The notes: a model not told the origin generated them from the sequence alone. Positions 27,125-35,579 are shown, counted from the first letter of the stretch. The stretch: 64,000 nucleotides of DNA from Parcubacteria group bacterium GW2011_GWC1_45_13 (GCA_001001285.1 LCKG01000003.1:27746-91745); one strand, 5' to 3'. Made by a program: numbers and translations.

Positions 27125-28906
27125 TTATTTTACCAGATTTTGTTTCCTCAATCTCACACTTTGAGGCGTTATTTCCAGATATTCGTCTTCGGACATAATT
27201 TCCAGCCCCCTTTCAATCGTCAAAAGATATGGAGGCGAAAGCGTGAGGGCTTCGTCCGAACTTTTGGAGCGCATGTTGGTGAGCTCTTTGCCTTTGGTCG
27301 GGTTCACAACCATTTCATCTCCTTTGGCCGTGTTGCCGATTACCATTCCTTTATAAATTTCAGTGCCCGGGCCAATGTAAAGCATTCCGCGGTCTTGCAA
27401 ACCCCAAAGAGAAAATCCTAACGCTTTGCCGTCGGCCATTGAGACCATGGAGCCGGCGGAGCGTTTTTTAATTTCTCCTTTCATCGGTCTAAAACCTACA
27501 ACATGCGACGCGAAAATTCCTTCGCCCTTGGTATCTATGATGAATTGATTTCGGTAACCCAGAATTCCGCGGGTCGGCCCTTCCAAAGAAAGCCGGACTA
27601 TATTTTCTTTGTTAAAAAGATTTGTCAAAATAAATCCGCGCCCTCCCAAGCGCTCAATAATCGCTCCCTGATGTTTCGCGGGCGCGTCAATTATCACCTC
27701 TTCGTACGGCTCGTAGACCTCGTCATCATTTTCCTTATGTAAAATGACCTGCGGTTGCGAAACCTGAAGCTCGTAGCCGGCTCTCCGCATATTTTCCAAA
27801 AGTATCGCAATGAGGAGCTCGCCTCTGCCCGAAACTTTGAAAATATCCAGCCCAAAATCAATTTTGAGTCCTACGTTCACCTCAAGCTCGCGCTCCAAAT
27901 ATTCCCTAATCTGGCGCGAGGTGACAAATTTTCCCTCTCTCCCTCCAAAGGGCGAATTATTTACTAAAAAATTAAGCGTGATGGTCGGCTCGTCTATTTT
28001 AATCGCCGGTAGCGCTTCCAAACTTTCATCTTTCATCACGGTTTCACCGATATAAATATCGGGAAGCCCGGCGACAAGCGCGATGTCTCCGGCGACTGCT
28101 TCTGACGCCTCAACGCGTTCCAAGCCGTTGAAAGTGAAAATTTTTGCGATCTTCCCAGGGCGCGTTCCGCCGTTTTTTATAAATATATTTTCTCCGGATT
28201 TTAAAATTCCTTCATAAACCCGGCCTACCGCGAGGCGCCCCAAAAAATTATCGTAGCCTAAATTAAACGGCTGAAAGCGCAGTGGTTTTTCAACCAAAAT
28301 TACGGACGAAGCCGATGGCACATGTTTTAAAATCGTTTCTAAAAGGGGAGTGAGGTCAGAAGATTCGTCTTCCAGTTTTAATTTCGCGATGCCCGCTTTG
28401 CCATTTGCGTAAATTACCGGAAAATTTGCCTGCTCGTCGGACGCTCCCAATTCCAAAAAAAGTTCCAAAACCTGCTCTTCGCATTTGGCGGGGTCAGCCG
28501 CCGGTTTGTCTATTTTATTTATTATCACAATCGGCTTTAAACCGAGCTCCAGAGATTTTTTTAAAACAAATCTTGTCTGCGGCATCGGCCCCTCCTGCGC
28601 GTCCACCACCAAAAGCACGGAATCAATTGCCCTAAGCACGCGCTCCACCTCCGAGCCGAAATCCGCGTGCCCGGGAGTGTCCACAATATTTATTTTTGTC
28701 GAAGATTGCGAAAATCCCGAGCTTGTCGAGGTATACATAATCGCAGCATTTTTTGAATAAATTGTAATCCCGCGCTCAAGCTCCAGAGCGTTTGAATCCA
28801 TAGACACGCCCTCTTTCGCCACTCCGGTTTGCCGCAAAAGCGCGTCGGTAAGAGTTGTCTTCCCGTGGTCAACATGGGCGATTATCGCTATGTTTCTGAT
28901 TTCCAT
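27125..28906 (-). CDS. typA: Translational GTPase TypA/BipA
   Basis: NIAIIAHVDHGKTTLTDALL…DTPGHADF…NKID with the BipA-type C-terminal domain. 593 aa. Confidence 0.9.
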   Translation of the reverse strand: MEIRNIAIIAHVDHGKTTLTDALLRQTGVAKEGVSMDSNALELERGITIYSKNAAIMYTSTSSGFSQSSTKINIVDTPGHADFGSEVERVLRAIDSVLLVVDAQEGPMPQTRFVLKKSLELGLKPIVIINKIDKPAADPAKCEEQVLELFLELGASDEQANFPVIYANGKAGIAKLKLEDESSDLTPLLETILKHVPSASSVILVEKPLRFQPFNLGYDNFLGRLAVGRVYEGILKSGENIFIKNGGTRPGKIAKIFTFNGLERVEASEAVAGDIALVAGLPDIYIGETVMKDESLEALPAIKIDEPTITLNFLVNNSPFGGREGKFVTSRQIREYLERELEVNVGLKIDFGLDIFKVSGRGELLIAILLENMRRAGYELQVSQPQVILHKENDDEVYEPYEEVIIDAPAKHQGAIIERLGGRGFILTNLFNKENIVRLSLEGPTRGILGYRNQFIIDTKGEGIFASHVVGFRPMKGEIKKRSAGSMVSMADGKALGFSLWGLQDRGMLYIGPGTEIYKGMVIGNTAKGDEMVVNPTKGKELTNMRSKSSDEALTLSPPYLLTIERGLEIMSEDEYLEITPQSVRLRKQNLVK

Positions 28907-29006
28907 AAAAAAATTGCCTCGTCCGCCAACTGGCGGAAGGCTTTTTTATACTACACTAAAAATTAAAATAGGTCAAATCTAAAAAAAGCCCGAGCTAGGC
29001 GCTGGG

Positions 29007-29390
29007 CTATGAGTGCTTACCGTATTTTTCGAGGTAAGGCATAAAAAATTTCTGAGGAATAAAAACTGGGTCGCCGCTTGGCATAGTAGCTATGGCCATA
29101 CAAATGTATTTTTCGCCCTGCGCGCTACTCGGGCCGCCTTCACGCTTGAGTTTTTCAATTTGACGCTTGAGTTCTTCAACGGCGGCGCGTATCACACTTC
29201 CCAGCCTGCCGCAGGCTTTGTAATGAACCTTCGGGTCTTGTTCTTTCCACCCGGTCCCTACAAACACATAGAAAATAAGATTTCCGGCGCGGTTTAGGTA
29301 GTCAAGGTCTTTTTTTATATCCAAGGCCTCTTTCCGATGCTTCCTCAATTTTCTCTCAAGCTCTTTTCTTATCATCCTTCTTACTGACAT
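29007..29390 (-). CDS. Hypothetical protein
   Basis: 127-aa ORF with a basic N-terminus. No recognisable domain. Confidence 0.45.
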   Translation of the reverse strand: MSVRRMIRKELERKLRKHRKEALDIKKDLDYLNRAGNLIFYVFVGTGWKEQDPKVHYKACGRLGSVIRAAVEELKRQIEKLKREGGPSSAQGEKYICMAIATMPSGDPVFIPQKFFMPYLEKYGKHS

Positions 29391-29542
29391 AGCCGCACCT
29401 CCATTTCTGCCTAAAACTTAGCGTTTATTTGATTTTTAGTCAAGCCGGAGCTTTCCTTCTCTCCGCCAAAAATTTCTTATCTGCCGCCAGCCCAATTCCC
29501 CGCTTCGCCCCAGTAATAACAACGAATTCGTAATAAAAATAG

Positions 29543-29773
29543 TTATCCAAGTTTAACTAGAAATAGAGTTACCAATACCAACGCTATGGTTGCTAAAGCG
29601 AGCACTCTTGACCAAATTAATTGTTTTCTATTGTACTCTTTCTGAGAATCTAAAAGTTCCTTTTGTAATTTGTAATTAATAAAGACCGCTCCTATACGAA
29701 TCATTTCGGGAACGCTATTATTTATTTTCTCTAACATTTCCTCCAACGACTGCTTTGTGTTGAAAATTCCCAT
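29543..29773 (-). CDS. Hypothetical small membrane protein
   Basis: 76 aa with a C-terminal TM helix. Confidence 0.4.
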   Translation of the reverse strand: MGIFNTKQSLEEMLEKINNSVPEMIRIGAVFINYKLQKELLDSQKEYNRKQLIWSRVLALATIALVLVTLFLVKLG

Positions 29774-29832
29774 ACCTTTATTTTAATCTAGTAATTGTCG
29801 CATTTGCATTCGAACCGACGCTACCCCCACCC

Positions 29833-29858
29833 TAGCTCAAAATCGCCGGGGTTTCAAG
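29833..29858 (+). repeat. Cassette-boundary repeat copy A (TAGCTCAAAATCGCCGGGGTTTCAAG)
   Basis: 26/26 identical to 31086..31111. Located just 3' of the toxin gene on the minus strand. Confidence 0.7.
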
Positions 29859-29866
29859 GCGATGTA

Positions 29867-30130
29867 TTAAGAAGAATACAGTTTGCTGTGTGTATCTACG
29901 GCTATAAAATATGCGATTTCTTTTTCTGCCATTTCATAAATTGCGCGCAAACCGCCCCCAACATTTATACTGCGCAACCCTTCGCATTTACCTTGCAGTG
30001 GATGATTATTTAATACAGGATTAAATGGATTTTCAATAAATACCGCCAATTGTTCCTTAAATTTATTTTGCTGACTTTTGCGCAGTTTTTTAAATTGCCT
30101 TTTAAAATTTTTATGAAATACTACCTTCAT
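29867..30130 (-). CDS. Type II toxin YafQ/RelE-family mRNA interferase
   Basis: 87 aa: …LNNHPLQGKCEGLRSINVGGGLRAIYEM…IAVDTHSKLY is the RelE/YafQ fold signature. 4-nt overlap with the upstream antitoxin. Confidence 0.7.
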   Translation of the reverse strand: MKVVFHKNFKRQFKKLRKSQQNKFKEQLAVFIENPFNPVLNNHPLQGKCEGLRSINVGGGLRAIYEMAEKEIAYFIAVDTHSKLYSS

Positions 30131-30402
30131 TTTCCGTGAAGATACCGCGCGGCACTTTCCGCGATGCCAAAAGCGGGGGAGACGTTTTTCTTCCTCGCGT
30201 AATCACTGCGCGCTTCTTTGGCAATATTTTCTAAATAAGATGTCATATTTGGCGCGACAGAAAATCTTATTTCCTGTTCTCTAACAAGTTGCCTTAACTG
30301 GGCATTTATGACCGCGCTAAGCGAGAGCCCCATCTCTTTGGCGATTTTTTTGGCTTCGTCTTTGACCTTTTGATCGGTTTTAATGTTAATTACTGTGTTC
30401 AT
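30127..30402 (-). CDS. Type II antitoxin DinJ/RelB family
   Basis: 91 aa with a ribbon-helix-helix N-terminus INIKTDQKVKDEAKKIAKEMGLSLSAVINAQL. Confidence 0.7.
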   Translation of the reverse strand: MNTVINIKTDQKVKDEAKKIAKEMGLSLSAVINAQLRQLVREQEIRFSVAPNMTSYLENIAKEARSDYARKKNVSPAFGIAESAARYLHGK

Positions 30403-30457
30403 GCATTAAGTATATATCCTATATACACAATGTCAATACCTCGTATTTGTGGATATC

Positions 30458-30530
30458 ATCGCCAGGATTTCAAGCTTGCCTGCCCCGCCTACCGGCAGGC
30501 AGGCGGCAAGCGGGGCGAGGGGGGTTATTT
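30458..30530 (+). repeat. Cassette-boundary repeat copy B with GC-rich hairpin
   Basis: ATCGCCAGGATTTCAAGCTTGCCT…ACCGG matches copy C. The extra CCTGCCCCGCC…GGCGGCAAGCGGGG imperfect palindrome overlaps the GNAT 3' end. Confidence 0.6.
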
Positions 30531-31082
30531 CCCCTTTTTATATTCGCGGTCTAAAATGCCAAAATTTAAAACGTCGTGCCATTGGTTTTCCCGCCACCAT
30601 TTTTCGCGCGTCCGACCTTCCAGTTTGAATCCGAATTTTTTCAAAACTTTCTGCGAGGCAATATTTTTGTGGAAAGTGTTCGCATAAACTCTGTGAAATT
30701 TCCATTTTTTAAACACCAAATCCAAAACAAGCCCGACTGCCTCTGTTGCTATTTCGCGCCCCCAATATTTTTTACCGAGCCAATATCCCAGCTCGACATT
30801 GTTGTTTCCCTTGTCTATTTTGTGCATGCCAATGCCGCCAATAACTTTATTAGTGGTTTTCAACGCGATACCAAAAGCCGCATCTTTTTTGGTTTTGCGA
30901 TATCTAGATATTTTTTTGAAGAAATTTAAGGCATCCCGTTTTGAGTAAGGGTGAGGAATGTTTGTCATAAAACGCACAATATTTTTGTCGTTTATATTAT
31001 TTTGCAAATCTTCCGCGTCAGATTTCCGAAGTTCTCGTACAATAATTTGTTTTCCGATTAGTTTGGTTGGCATATTATACAA
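30525..31082 (-). CDS. GNAT family N-acetyltransferase (RimJ/RimL-like)
   Basis: …NVELGYWLGKKYWGREIATEAVGLVLDLVFKKWKFHRVYANTFHKNIASQKVLKKFGFKLEG matches the acetyl-CoA binding motifs A/B. Confidence 0.8.
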   Translation of the reverse strand: MYNMPTKLIGKQIIVRELRKSDAEDLQNNINDKNIVRFMTNIPHPYSKRDALNFFKKISRYRKTKKDAAFGIALKTTNKVIGGIGMHKIDKGNNNVELGYWLGKKYWGREIATEAVGLVLDLVFKKWKFHRVYANTFHKNIASQKVLKKFGFKLEGRTREKWWRENQWHDVLNFGILDREYKKGK

Positions 31083-31085
31083 TTT

Positions 31086-31140
31086 TAGCTCAAAATCGCC
31101 GGGGTTTCAAGCTTGCCTACCGGTAGATCTCGGCGAGGAG
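31086..31140 (+). repeat. Cassette-boundary repeat copy C (head of A + tail of B)
   Basis: TAGCTCAAAATCGCCGGGGTTTCAAG followed by CTTGCCTACCGGTAG, immediately 5' of the GNAT start codon. Confidence 0.65.
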
Positions 31141-31277
31141 AGCGGGATTTGAGGAAGAAGCCGAAGCGGTTAATTACCAATATTATCGTCCGCCAAAAGG
31201 CGACTCATTTGGGTAGCAGACAGCCAGTAAGACCGCTTCACGGGCATCAAGTTGCGAGACCGCGCTTGGTGCCTTTT

Positions 31278-32525
31278 TTATTTCCTGAAAAATCCGCTGC
31301 GGCCGCCGTAGGACGGGCGCGCAAGGCCGCGGCCGAAGCGTTTGTGCGAAAAATGCCGCGGGATGATTTTGTATTCTATGAATTTTTCTTCCGAAAATTC
31401 CGGGTGTTTGGATATCGCAATCACTGTGCGAAGAAGCTTTTCAATATCGCGAACGGCGCTTTTTTGGTCGGGCGTCGCGAAAGATATCGCCCGCCCAGGC
31501 GCGCCGGCCCGTCCGGTGCGCCCTATCCGGTGGACATAATCTCCTGGATTATCCGGCAAGTCGTAATTAAGAACAAGTTCAATCCCCACAACGTCGATTC
31601 CGCGGGAGGCAATGTCGGTTGCCACAAGCACGCGGTATCTTCCGGACTTAAATCCATCCAGCGCCTCCCGGCGTTGGATGAGCGAGCGGTTGGAATGGAT
31701 CTCGGCGACCCTATGCCCCATATCTCTCACGGCGTTGCATATTTTTCTTGCGCCGTGCTTGGTGCGGGAAAAAATCAAAACCGACCCGCGGTATTCGACA
31801 AGAAGCTTTGTGAGTAATTTATTTTTATCTTCTTTTTTTACGATAAATAATTCTTGTGCTACCTTCTCCGCGGCCGTCCCCGGGCGGGCAATCTCAATCC
31901 GGAAGGGGAGCTTCATGTGCTCTGTTGCCAAGCGCACGATGTTGTCTGGCATTGTCGCCGAAAAAAGCATGGTTTGCCGGTTTTTCGGGACTTTATTTAA
32001 AATTTGTTTTAATTGCGGTAGAAATCCCATATCCAGCATTCTGTCGGCTTCATCCAAAACCAGTATTGAAATGCCGTCCAAAGAAAGCACTCTTTGTTCC
32101 ATGTGATCAATAATCCGCCCTGGTGTTCCTATTATAATGTGGGGCTGGCGGCGAAGCGCGTCTATTTGTGGGCGCATGGACGCGCCTCCTATAATAAGCG
32201 CTGTTTTGAGGCCAAGGTTCCGGCCGATTTTTTGCAGCATTTCTTCCACTTGTTGCGCCAGCTCCCTTGTCGGCAAAAGAATCAGCCCCTTGGCTTTTGT
32301 CTGGGCAATGCGCTGGATCATTGGGACGCCGAATGCCAAAGTTTTGCCAGTGCCGGTTTGCGCCACGCCGATTAAGTCCTTTCCTTCAATCGCGGCAGGG
32401 ATCGCGCGCGATTGTATCGGCGTAGGCGTTTTGAAACGGAGTTTTCCAAGAATTTCCAAAAGCGCCGGGGCGATGCCCAAACCGTAAAAACTCTTGGTTA
32501 TGTTTTCGCTAGCGCGTTGATTCAT
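31278..32525 (-). CDS. DEAD-box ATP-dependent RNA helicase
   Basis: Q-motif, AQTGTGKT, PTRELA, DEAD (VLDEADRM), SAT, HRIGRTGR. Gly/Arg-rich C-terminal tail. Confidence 0.9.
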   Translation of the reverse strand: MNQRASENITKSFYGLGIAPALLEILGKLRFKTPTPIQSRAIPAAIEGKDLIGVAQTGTGKTLAFGVPMIQRIAQTKAKGLILLPTRELAQQVEEMLQKIGRNLGLKTALIIGGASMRPQIDALRRQPHIIIGTPGRIIDHMEQRVLSLDGISILVLDEADRMLDMGFLPQLKQILNKVPKNRQTMLFSATMPDNIVRLATEHMKLPFRIEIARPGTAAEKVAQELFIVKKEDKNKLLTKLLVEYRGSVLIFSRTKHGARKICNAVRDMGHRVAEIHSNRSLIQRREALDGFKSGRYRVLVATDIASRGIDVVGIELVLNYDLPDNPGDYVHRIGRTGRAGAPGRAISFATPDQKSAVRDIEKLLRTVIAISKHPEFSEEKFIEYKIIPRHFSHKRFGRGLARPSYGGRSGFFRK

Positions 32526-32654
32526 AAGCGGTAATTAATCATCAAACCTTAGCACGAAATCGGTTTGTTTCCAAATGCCCCCGAGGGGTGTTATAAGTAT
32601 AATCAAAGGTCGGGAATTTATATTTAACTGAAAATTAACAAAAAATAAATCAAT

Positions 32655-33149
32655 ATGATAAAGAAAATTTATTCGGCTCTGGCGGTTTCAGCTTTGTTTT
32701 TGGCCGCAAGTGTCGCTTTAGCGGCAGGCGGTTTTGACCAATTCGGATATAATCGCACAGCCAGGATTTTCAACGGCACAGGTAGCTCTTGGTGTCTAGC
32801 GCGCGGAGCTTCGGCAAATTGCCTGGGCATCTACTCGCCAGACAAGCTTGTGATGAAATGGAACGCAGAATGGGACAGAGGAAACGCGGAAGGGTGGACT
32901 GACCCGAATGGTTACGGAGCGTGGGAAGACAATGAATGGAATGGGAAAAACGGCGGCTCGGGCGCTGTCTGGCACTATAAAATAAAATGGGTTGGAGCAT
33001 GCGGCGCCGACTACACGCCTTTGCCGGACGGCGGTTATTGCATCTGGGGGCAGTTTGAAGTTTTGATGGACCAAGGGCAGGACCCGAATTACGGCCCAGG
33101 CCATCTCTGGTTTGCCAATGCGCTTCCAAACGGCTACGGAGTGAAATAA
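32655..33149 (+). CDS. Hypothetical secreted Trp/Gly-rich protein
   Basis: Signal peptide MIKKIYSALAVSALFLAASVALA. 164 aa. Confidence 0.55.
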   Translation: MIKKIYSALAVSALFLAASVALAAGGFDQFGYNRTARIFNGTGSSWCLARGASANCLGIYSPDKLVMKWNAEWDRGNAEGWTDPNGYGAWEDNEWNGKNGGSGAVWHYKIKWVGACGADYTPLPDGGYCIWGQFEVLMDQGQDPNYGPGHLWFANALPNGYGVK

Positions 33150-33166
33150 TTTCTGACTAACAAATC

Positions 33167-33193
33167 AAAAATCCGCCGAGAAGGCGGATTTTT
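33167..33193. terminator. Bidirectional rho-independent terminator
   Basis: AAAAATCCGCC-gagaa-GGCGGATTTTT between convergent genes. Confidence 0.65.
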
Positions 33194-33215
33194 GTTTGGG
33201 CTCAAGCTTTCCGGC

Positions 33216-33347
33216 TTATTTAATCTGTTTCCAGAGCCAGACTATGAGCATAATCCCGACGACAAGCCAGACCAGCTCGCTTATCCAGCCGAACGCACTC
33301 CCGTATCCGCCTCCCCAGCCCATCATGTTTCCGTAGTAATTCATCAT
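33216..33347 (-). CDS. Small Gly/Trp-rich membrane peptide (43 aa), hypothetical
   Basis: MMNYYGNMMGWGGGYGSAFGWISELVWLVVGIMLIVWLWKQIK. The terminator lies directly downstream. Not in the ORF track, which lists an overlapping plus-strand ORF instead. Confidence 0.35.
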   Translation of the reverse strand: MMNYYGNMMGWGGGYGSAFGWISELVWLVVGIMLIVWLWKQIK

Positions 33348-33447
33348 TGGTTTATAGTAACACTAAACTACTATGAAGTCGAAGTGCCGACCTCTTTGAT
33401 ACTTTTTATTTTATCTATTTTGATGCTCTTCGGATGGATAGCGGATA

Positions 33448-33729
33448 TTAAAAGAAAATAAAACTAATCAGCCAAGCAATTCCTCCACTACCAATAGAAA
33501 GAATGCCAAACATGACGATGGCGGATGTATTCACAAAATTTGCTTCTCCTCGTATGAGGTTTCCACTCATACTCGCCATTTTCCCGATAAAAGCTAATAG
33601 CAATCCAATTAGTATCCCCACGACGGCACCAAATATAGAGCCGGCATTGATAGTAAACCCAAAAGCTAAACCCCATAATAAACCACTGACAGCCCCGATA
33701 AGGGCACTGAAAATAATGTTTGCAAACAT
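33448..33729 (-). CDS. Hypothetical glycine-zipper membrane protein
   Basis: 93 aa with GxxxG repeats across about 3 TM helices. Confidence 0.5.
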   Translation of the reverse strand: MFANIIFSALIGAVSGLLWGLAFGFTINAGSIFGAVVGILIGLLLAFIGKMASMSGNLIRGEANFVNTSAIVMFGILSIGSGGIAWLISFIFF

Positions 33730-33778
33730 AGTTTTATTTTATCACAGCGACGCTTCTCGGAACATGTAAACAATATAT

Positions 33779-34573
33779 TTATCTAAGAATTAGCTTTTCA
33801 ATACTATCGATTATTTGAATCGGGTCGCCTGTTAAGATCTTGTTGTCATATAAATCTTTGGTAAAAGCTAAACATATTTTTACTGCTTCTGTCGCAACAA
33901 AATCACCATCATCTCCGTCATGAAAAAATATCTTTCCATATTCATCTTTCCCAATAAATTCTTGAAATCCTTCAATATTCAAATGAGCTACTGGCGATAA
34001 CTGTCTATAGATCAAACTATACATACGTTCAAAATGTCCTTTTTCGGAGTTTTTTACTTCTTCTTTTTCGCACAATTTAGCTTTTTCTTGAAGAGACTTA
34101 GTACCTTTAAGGTCTGGATTGCCTTTTAAAATTGCTTCTTTGTGAATTTTTTGGTCACCAATAGCTCGTTCTAAGTATTTTTTATTGAACAATTGTTCTT
34201 GATTTGTAGATTCGAGGTTTGGATATCTTTTTATCAGATTCAGTATTTCCTCCAATATTGTTATTCGTTCACAAAACATTCTTTTTGCTGAAAAAGCGAG
34301 TCTTTGCTCAGAATTTCCAAACTGATGATAGATAATGTCTATGTGGGCTTCAAATAGCGCTCTAAGTAAAACTTTGGCTACATGAGATTTTCTATTTTCA
34401 CATAAAATTATTATTGATTCAGTAAAACTGAATACTGGGTGGTGAGCAAAATATATATAATTTTGCAAATGAGTATGCCTGCTAGTATCGATATTGTTAA
34501 GCAGATCCTTGATTTCTATTTTCAGCTTCAAAAATTTTTTCTTTAGTTTTCTTATGTATTCTGCTTTTTCCAT
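33779..34573 (-). CDS. Hypothetical protein (possible HEPN-like Rx5H motif)
   Basis: 264 aa. Contains LLRALFEAHIDIIYH (R-x5-H). AT-rich. No firm family assignment. Confidence 0.5.
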   Translation of the reverse strand: MEKAEYIRKLKKKFLKLKIEIKDLLNNIDTSRHTHLQNYIYFAHHPVFSFTESIIILCENRKSHVAKVLLRALFEAHIDIIYHQFGNSEQRLAFSAKRMFCERITILEEILNLIKRYPNLESTNQEQLFNKKYLERAIGDQKIHKEAILKGNPDLKGTKSLQEKAKLCEKEEVKNSEKGHFERMYSLIYRQLSPVAHLNIEGFQEFIGKDEYGKIFFHDGDDGDFVATEAVKICLAFTKDLYDNKILTGDPIQIIDSIEKLILR

Positions 34574-34602
34574 ACGTATTTAAAGCTCCTTGAAGTCCGA
34601 AC

Positions 34603-34860
34603 CTATCTCAAGCTGTTTTTATTTATTAAATTTAATTTCTTCTCTCTGCGCCAGCCTTTTATTTCGGTTTCACGGCGGCGAGCTTCTTTTAAAGTGGTAA
34701 ATTTTTCAAAATAACGCAATACCACCGGACGCCTTAGTTTTGTAAAATGCGCGCCCCATTTGGAATTATTGTGTTGTTCTAGTCTTCTTTCTAAATTATT
34801 TGTGCAACCAACGTAAAAAGATTTATCGGCGCACTCTAAAATATAAGTGAAATAAAACAT
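34603..34860 (-). CDS. GIY-YIG nuclease superfamily protein (YhbQ-like) paralog 2
   Basis: FYFTYILECADKSFYVGCTNNLERRLEQHN… 85 aa. Confidence 0.75.
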   Translation of the reverse strand: MFYFTYILECADKSFYVGCTNNLERRLEQHNNSKWGAHFTKLRRPVVLRYFEKFTTLKEARRRETEIKGWRREKKLNLINKNSLR

Positions 34861-34939
34861 ATTTTTTTGGTATCTCTTCGTCGTTAAAACTCCTCAGAGC
34901 CTTCTTCGCTCTGTTTTAAATGTCGAAGATCCTGATGAG

Positions 34940-34998
34940 CGAAGCGAAGAAGGGCTGCGGGACTAGGATTCGGACCTAGATTACACGGTTCAGAGCCG
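34940..34998 (-). pseudogene. Degenerate tRNA-Gln-like 3' fragment (anticodon arm CUG + T-arm + acceptor 3' strand)
   Basis: Minus strand reads CACGG-CTCTGAA-CCGTG TAATC CTAGG-TCCGAAT-CCTAG TCCCGCA G. The T-loop has C at position 55 and no D-stem partner, so it is a fragment. Confidence 0.4.
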
Positions 34999-34999
34999 T

Positions 35000-35040
35000 G
35001 CGCCCCAGCCTTTTCGGCGGGTCGCCGAGGAGGCGACTAC
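35000..35040 (-). repeat. 41-nt direct repeat X, copy 2 (two small hairpins: TCGCC-N5-GGCGA and CCCGCC-GAAAA-GGC(T)GGG)
   Basis: About 36/41 identical to 35422..35462. Both copies are preceded on the minus strand by GGTAG. Confidence 0.6.
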
Positions 35041-35055
35041 CACTTCCGCACAAAA

Positions 35056-35126
35056 CTGGGAGGCCTGGATTCGAACCAGGGTTATGCGGTTCAGAGCCGC
35101 ATGTCCTACCGCTAGACGACCTCCCA
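35056..35126 (-). tRNA. tRNA-Gln (anticodon CTG)
   Basis: Reverse complement: TGGGAGG TC GTC TAGCGGTAG GAC A TGCGG-CTCTGAA-CCGCA TAACC CTGG-TTCGAAT-CCAGG CCTCCCA G. Flanked by a perfect 14-bp inverted repeat (35042..35055 and 35128..35141). Confidence 0.85.
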
Positions 35127-35145
35127 GTTTTGTGCGGAAGTCTTT

Positions 35146-35421
35146 TTACTCCATTAAATAATTTTTCAACTTACCTTTTAATACTTCTCTACCATATCCT
35201 GTTTTATAAAATTTTTCTCCGGTAGTTGCATCTTTCTTGTCTAAATACGCTTCATAATATATTAGTTTGAAAGGCCTGTTTTTACTGGAATATCCGCCGC
35301 CCTTGCCGGAGTTATGTTCTGATACTCTCTGTTTTAAATCTTCGGTAAAGCCAACATAATTTCGGCCGTTTTTCAAACTTTTTAATACATATACGTAAAA
35401 CATGATTTTTATTGAAGCCAT
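35146..35421 (-). CDS. GIY-YIG nuclease superfamily protein (YhbQ-like) paralog 3
   Basis: …MFYVYVLKSLKNGRNYVGFTEDLKQRVSEHN…FKLIYYE. The true start may be the second ATG (35403). Confidence 0.75.
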   Translation of the reverse strand: MASIKIMFYVYVLKSLKNGRNYVGFTEDLKQRVSEHNSGKGGGYSSKNRPFKLIYYEAYLDKKDATTGEKFYKTGYGREVLKGKLKNYLME

Positions 35422-35462
35422 GCGTCCCCGCCTTTTCGGCGGGTCGCCGATGAGGCGACTAC
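35422..35462 (-). repeat. 41-nt direct repeat X, copy 1, immediately 5' of GIY-YIG paralog 3
   Basis: See copy 2. Preceded (35459..35479 on minus) by a tRNA 5'-half-like sequence TGCGGGATCGTCTAACGGTAG. Confidence 0.6.
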
Positions 35463-35579
35463 CGTTAGACGATCCCGCAATAATGCGTATAATATGTAGA
35501 GGTTAGCAAAAAAATTTTGGTTTGACAAAGTTTAGACATTTGTTAATGTTTAAGTGGTTTTGATTTTTGGGAGGTGCGC

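Noticed and set aside
29833-31140. Classical integron
   Set aside because: No IntI-type tyrosine recombinase or attI/Pc is present on either side within the window. It is called only a cassette-like repeat array.
31113-32375. Plus-strand ORFs 31113..31817, 31612..32106, 32137..32487
   Set aside because: Antisense to the well-supported DEAD-box helicase gene. Arg/Pro-rich shadow ORFs.
22622-35421. GIY-YIG ORFs as homing endonucleases inside group I introns in tRNA genes
   Set aside because: tRNA-Gly, tRNA-Gln and tRNA-Thr fold as uninterrupted cloverleaves. No group I intron core (P/Q/R/S elements) was recognised. The first GIY-YIG gene is translationally coupled to an upstream protein gene.
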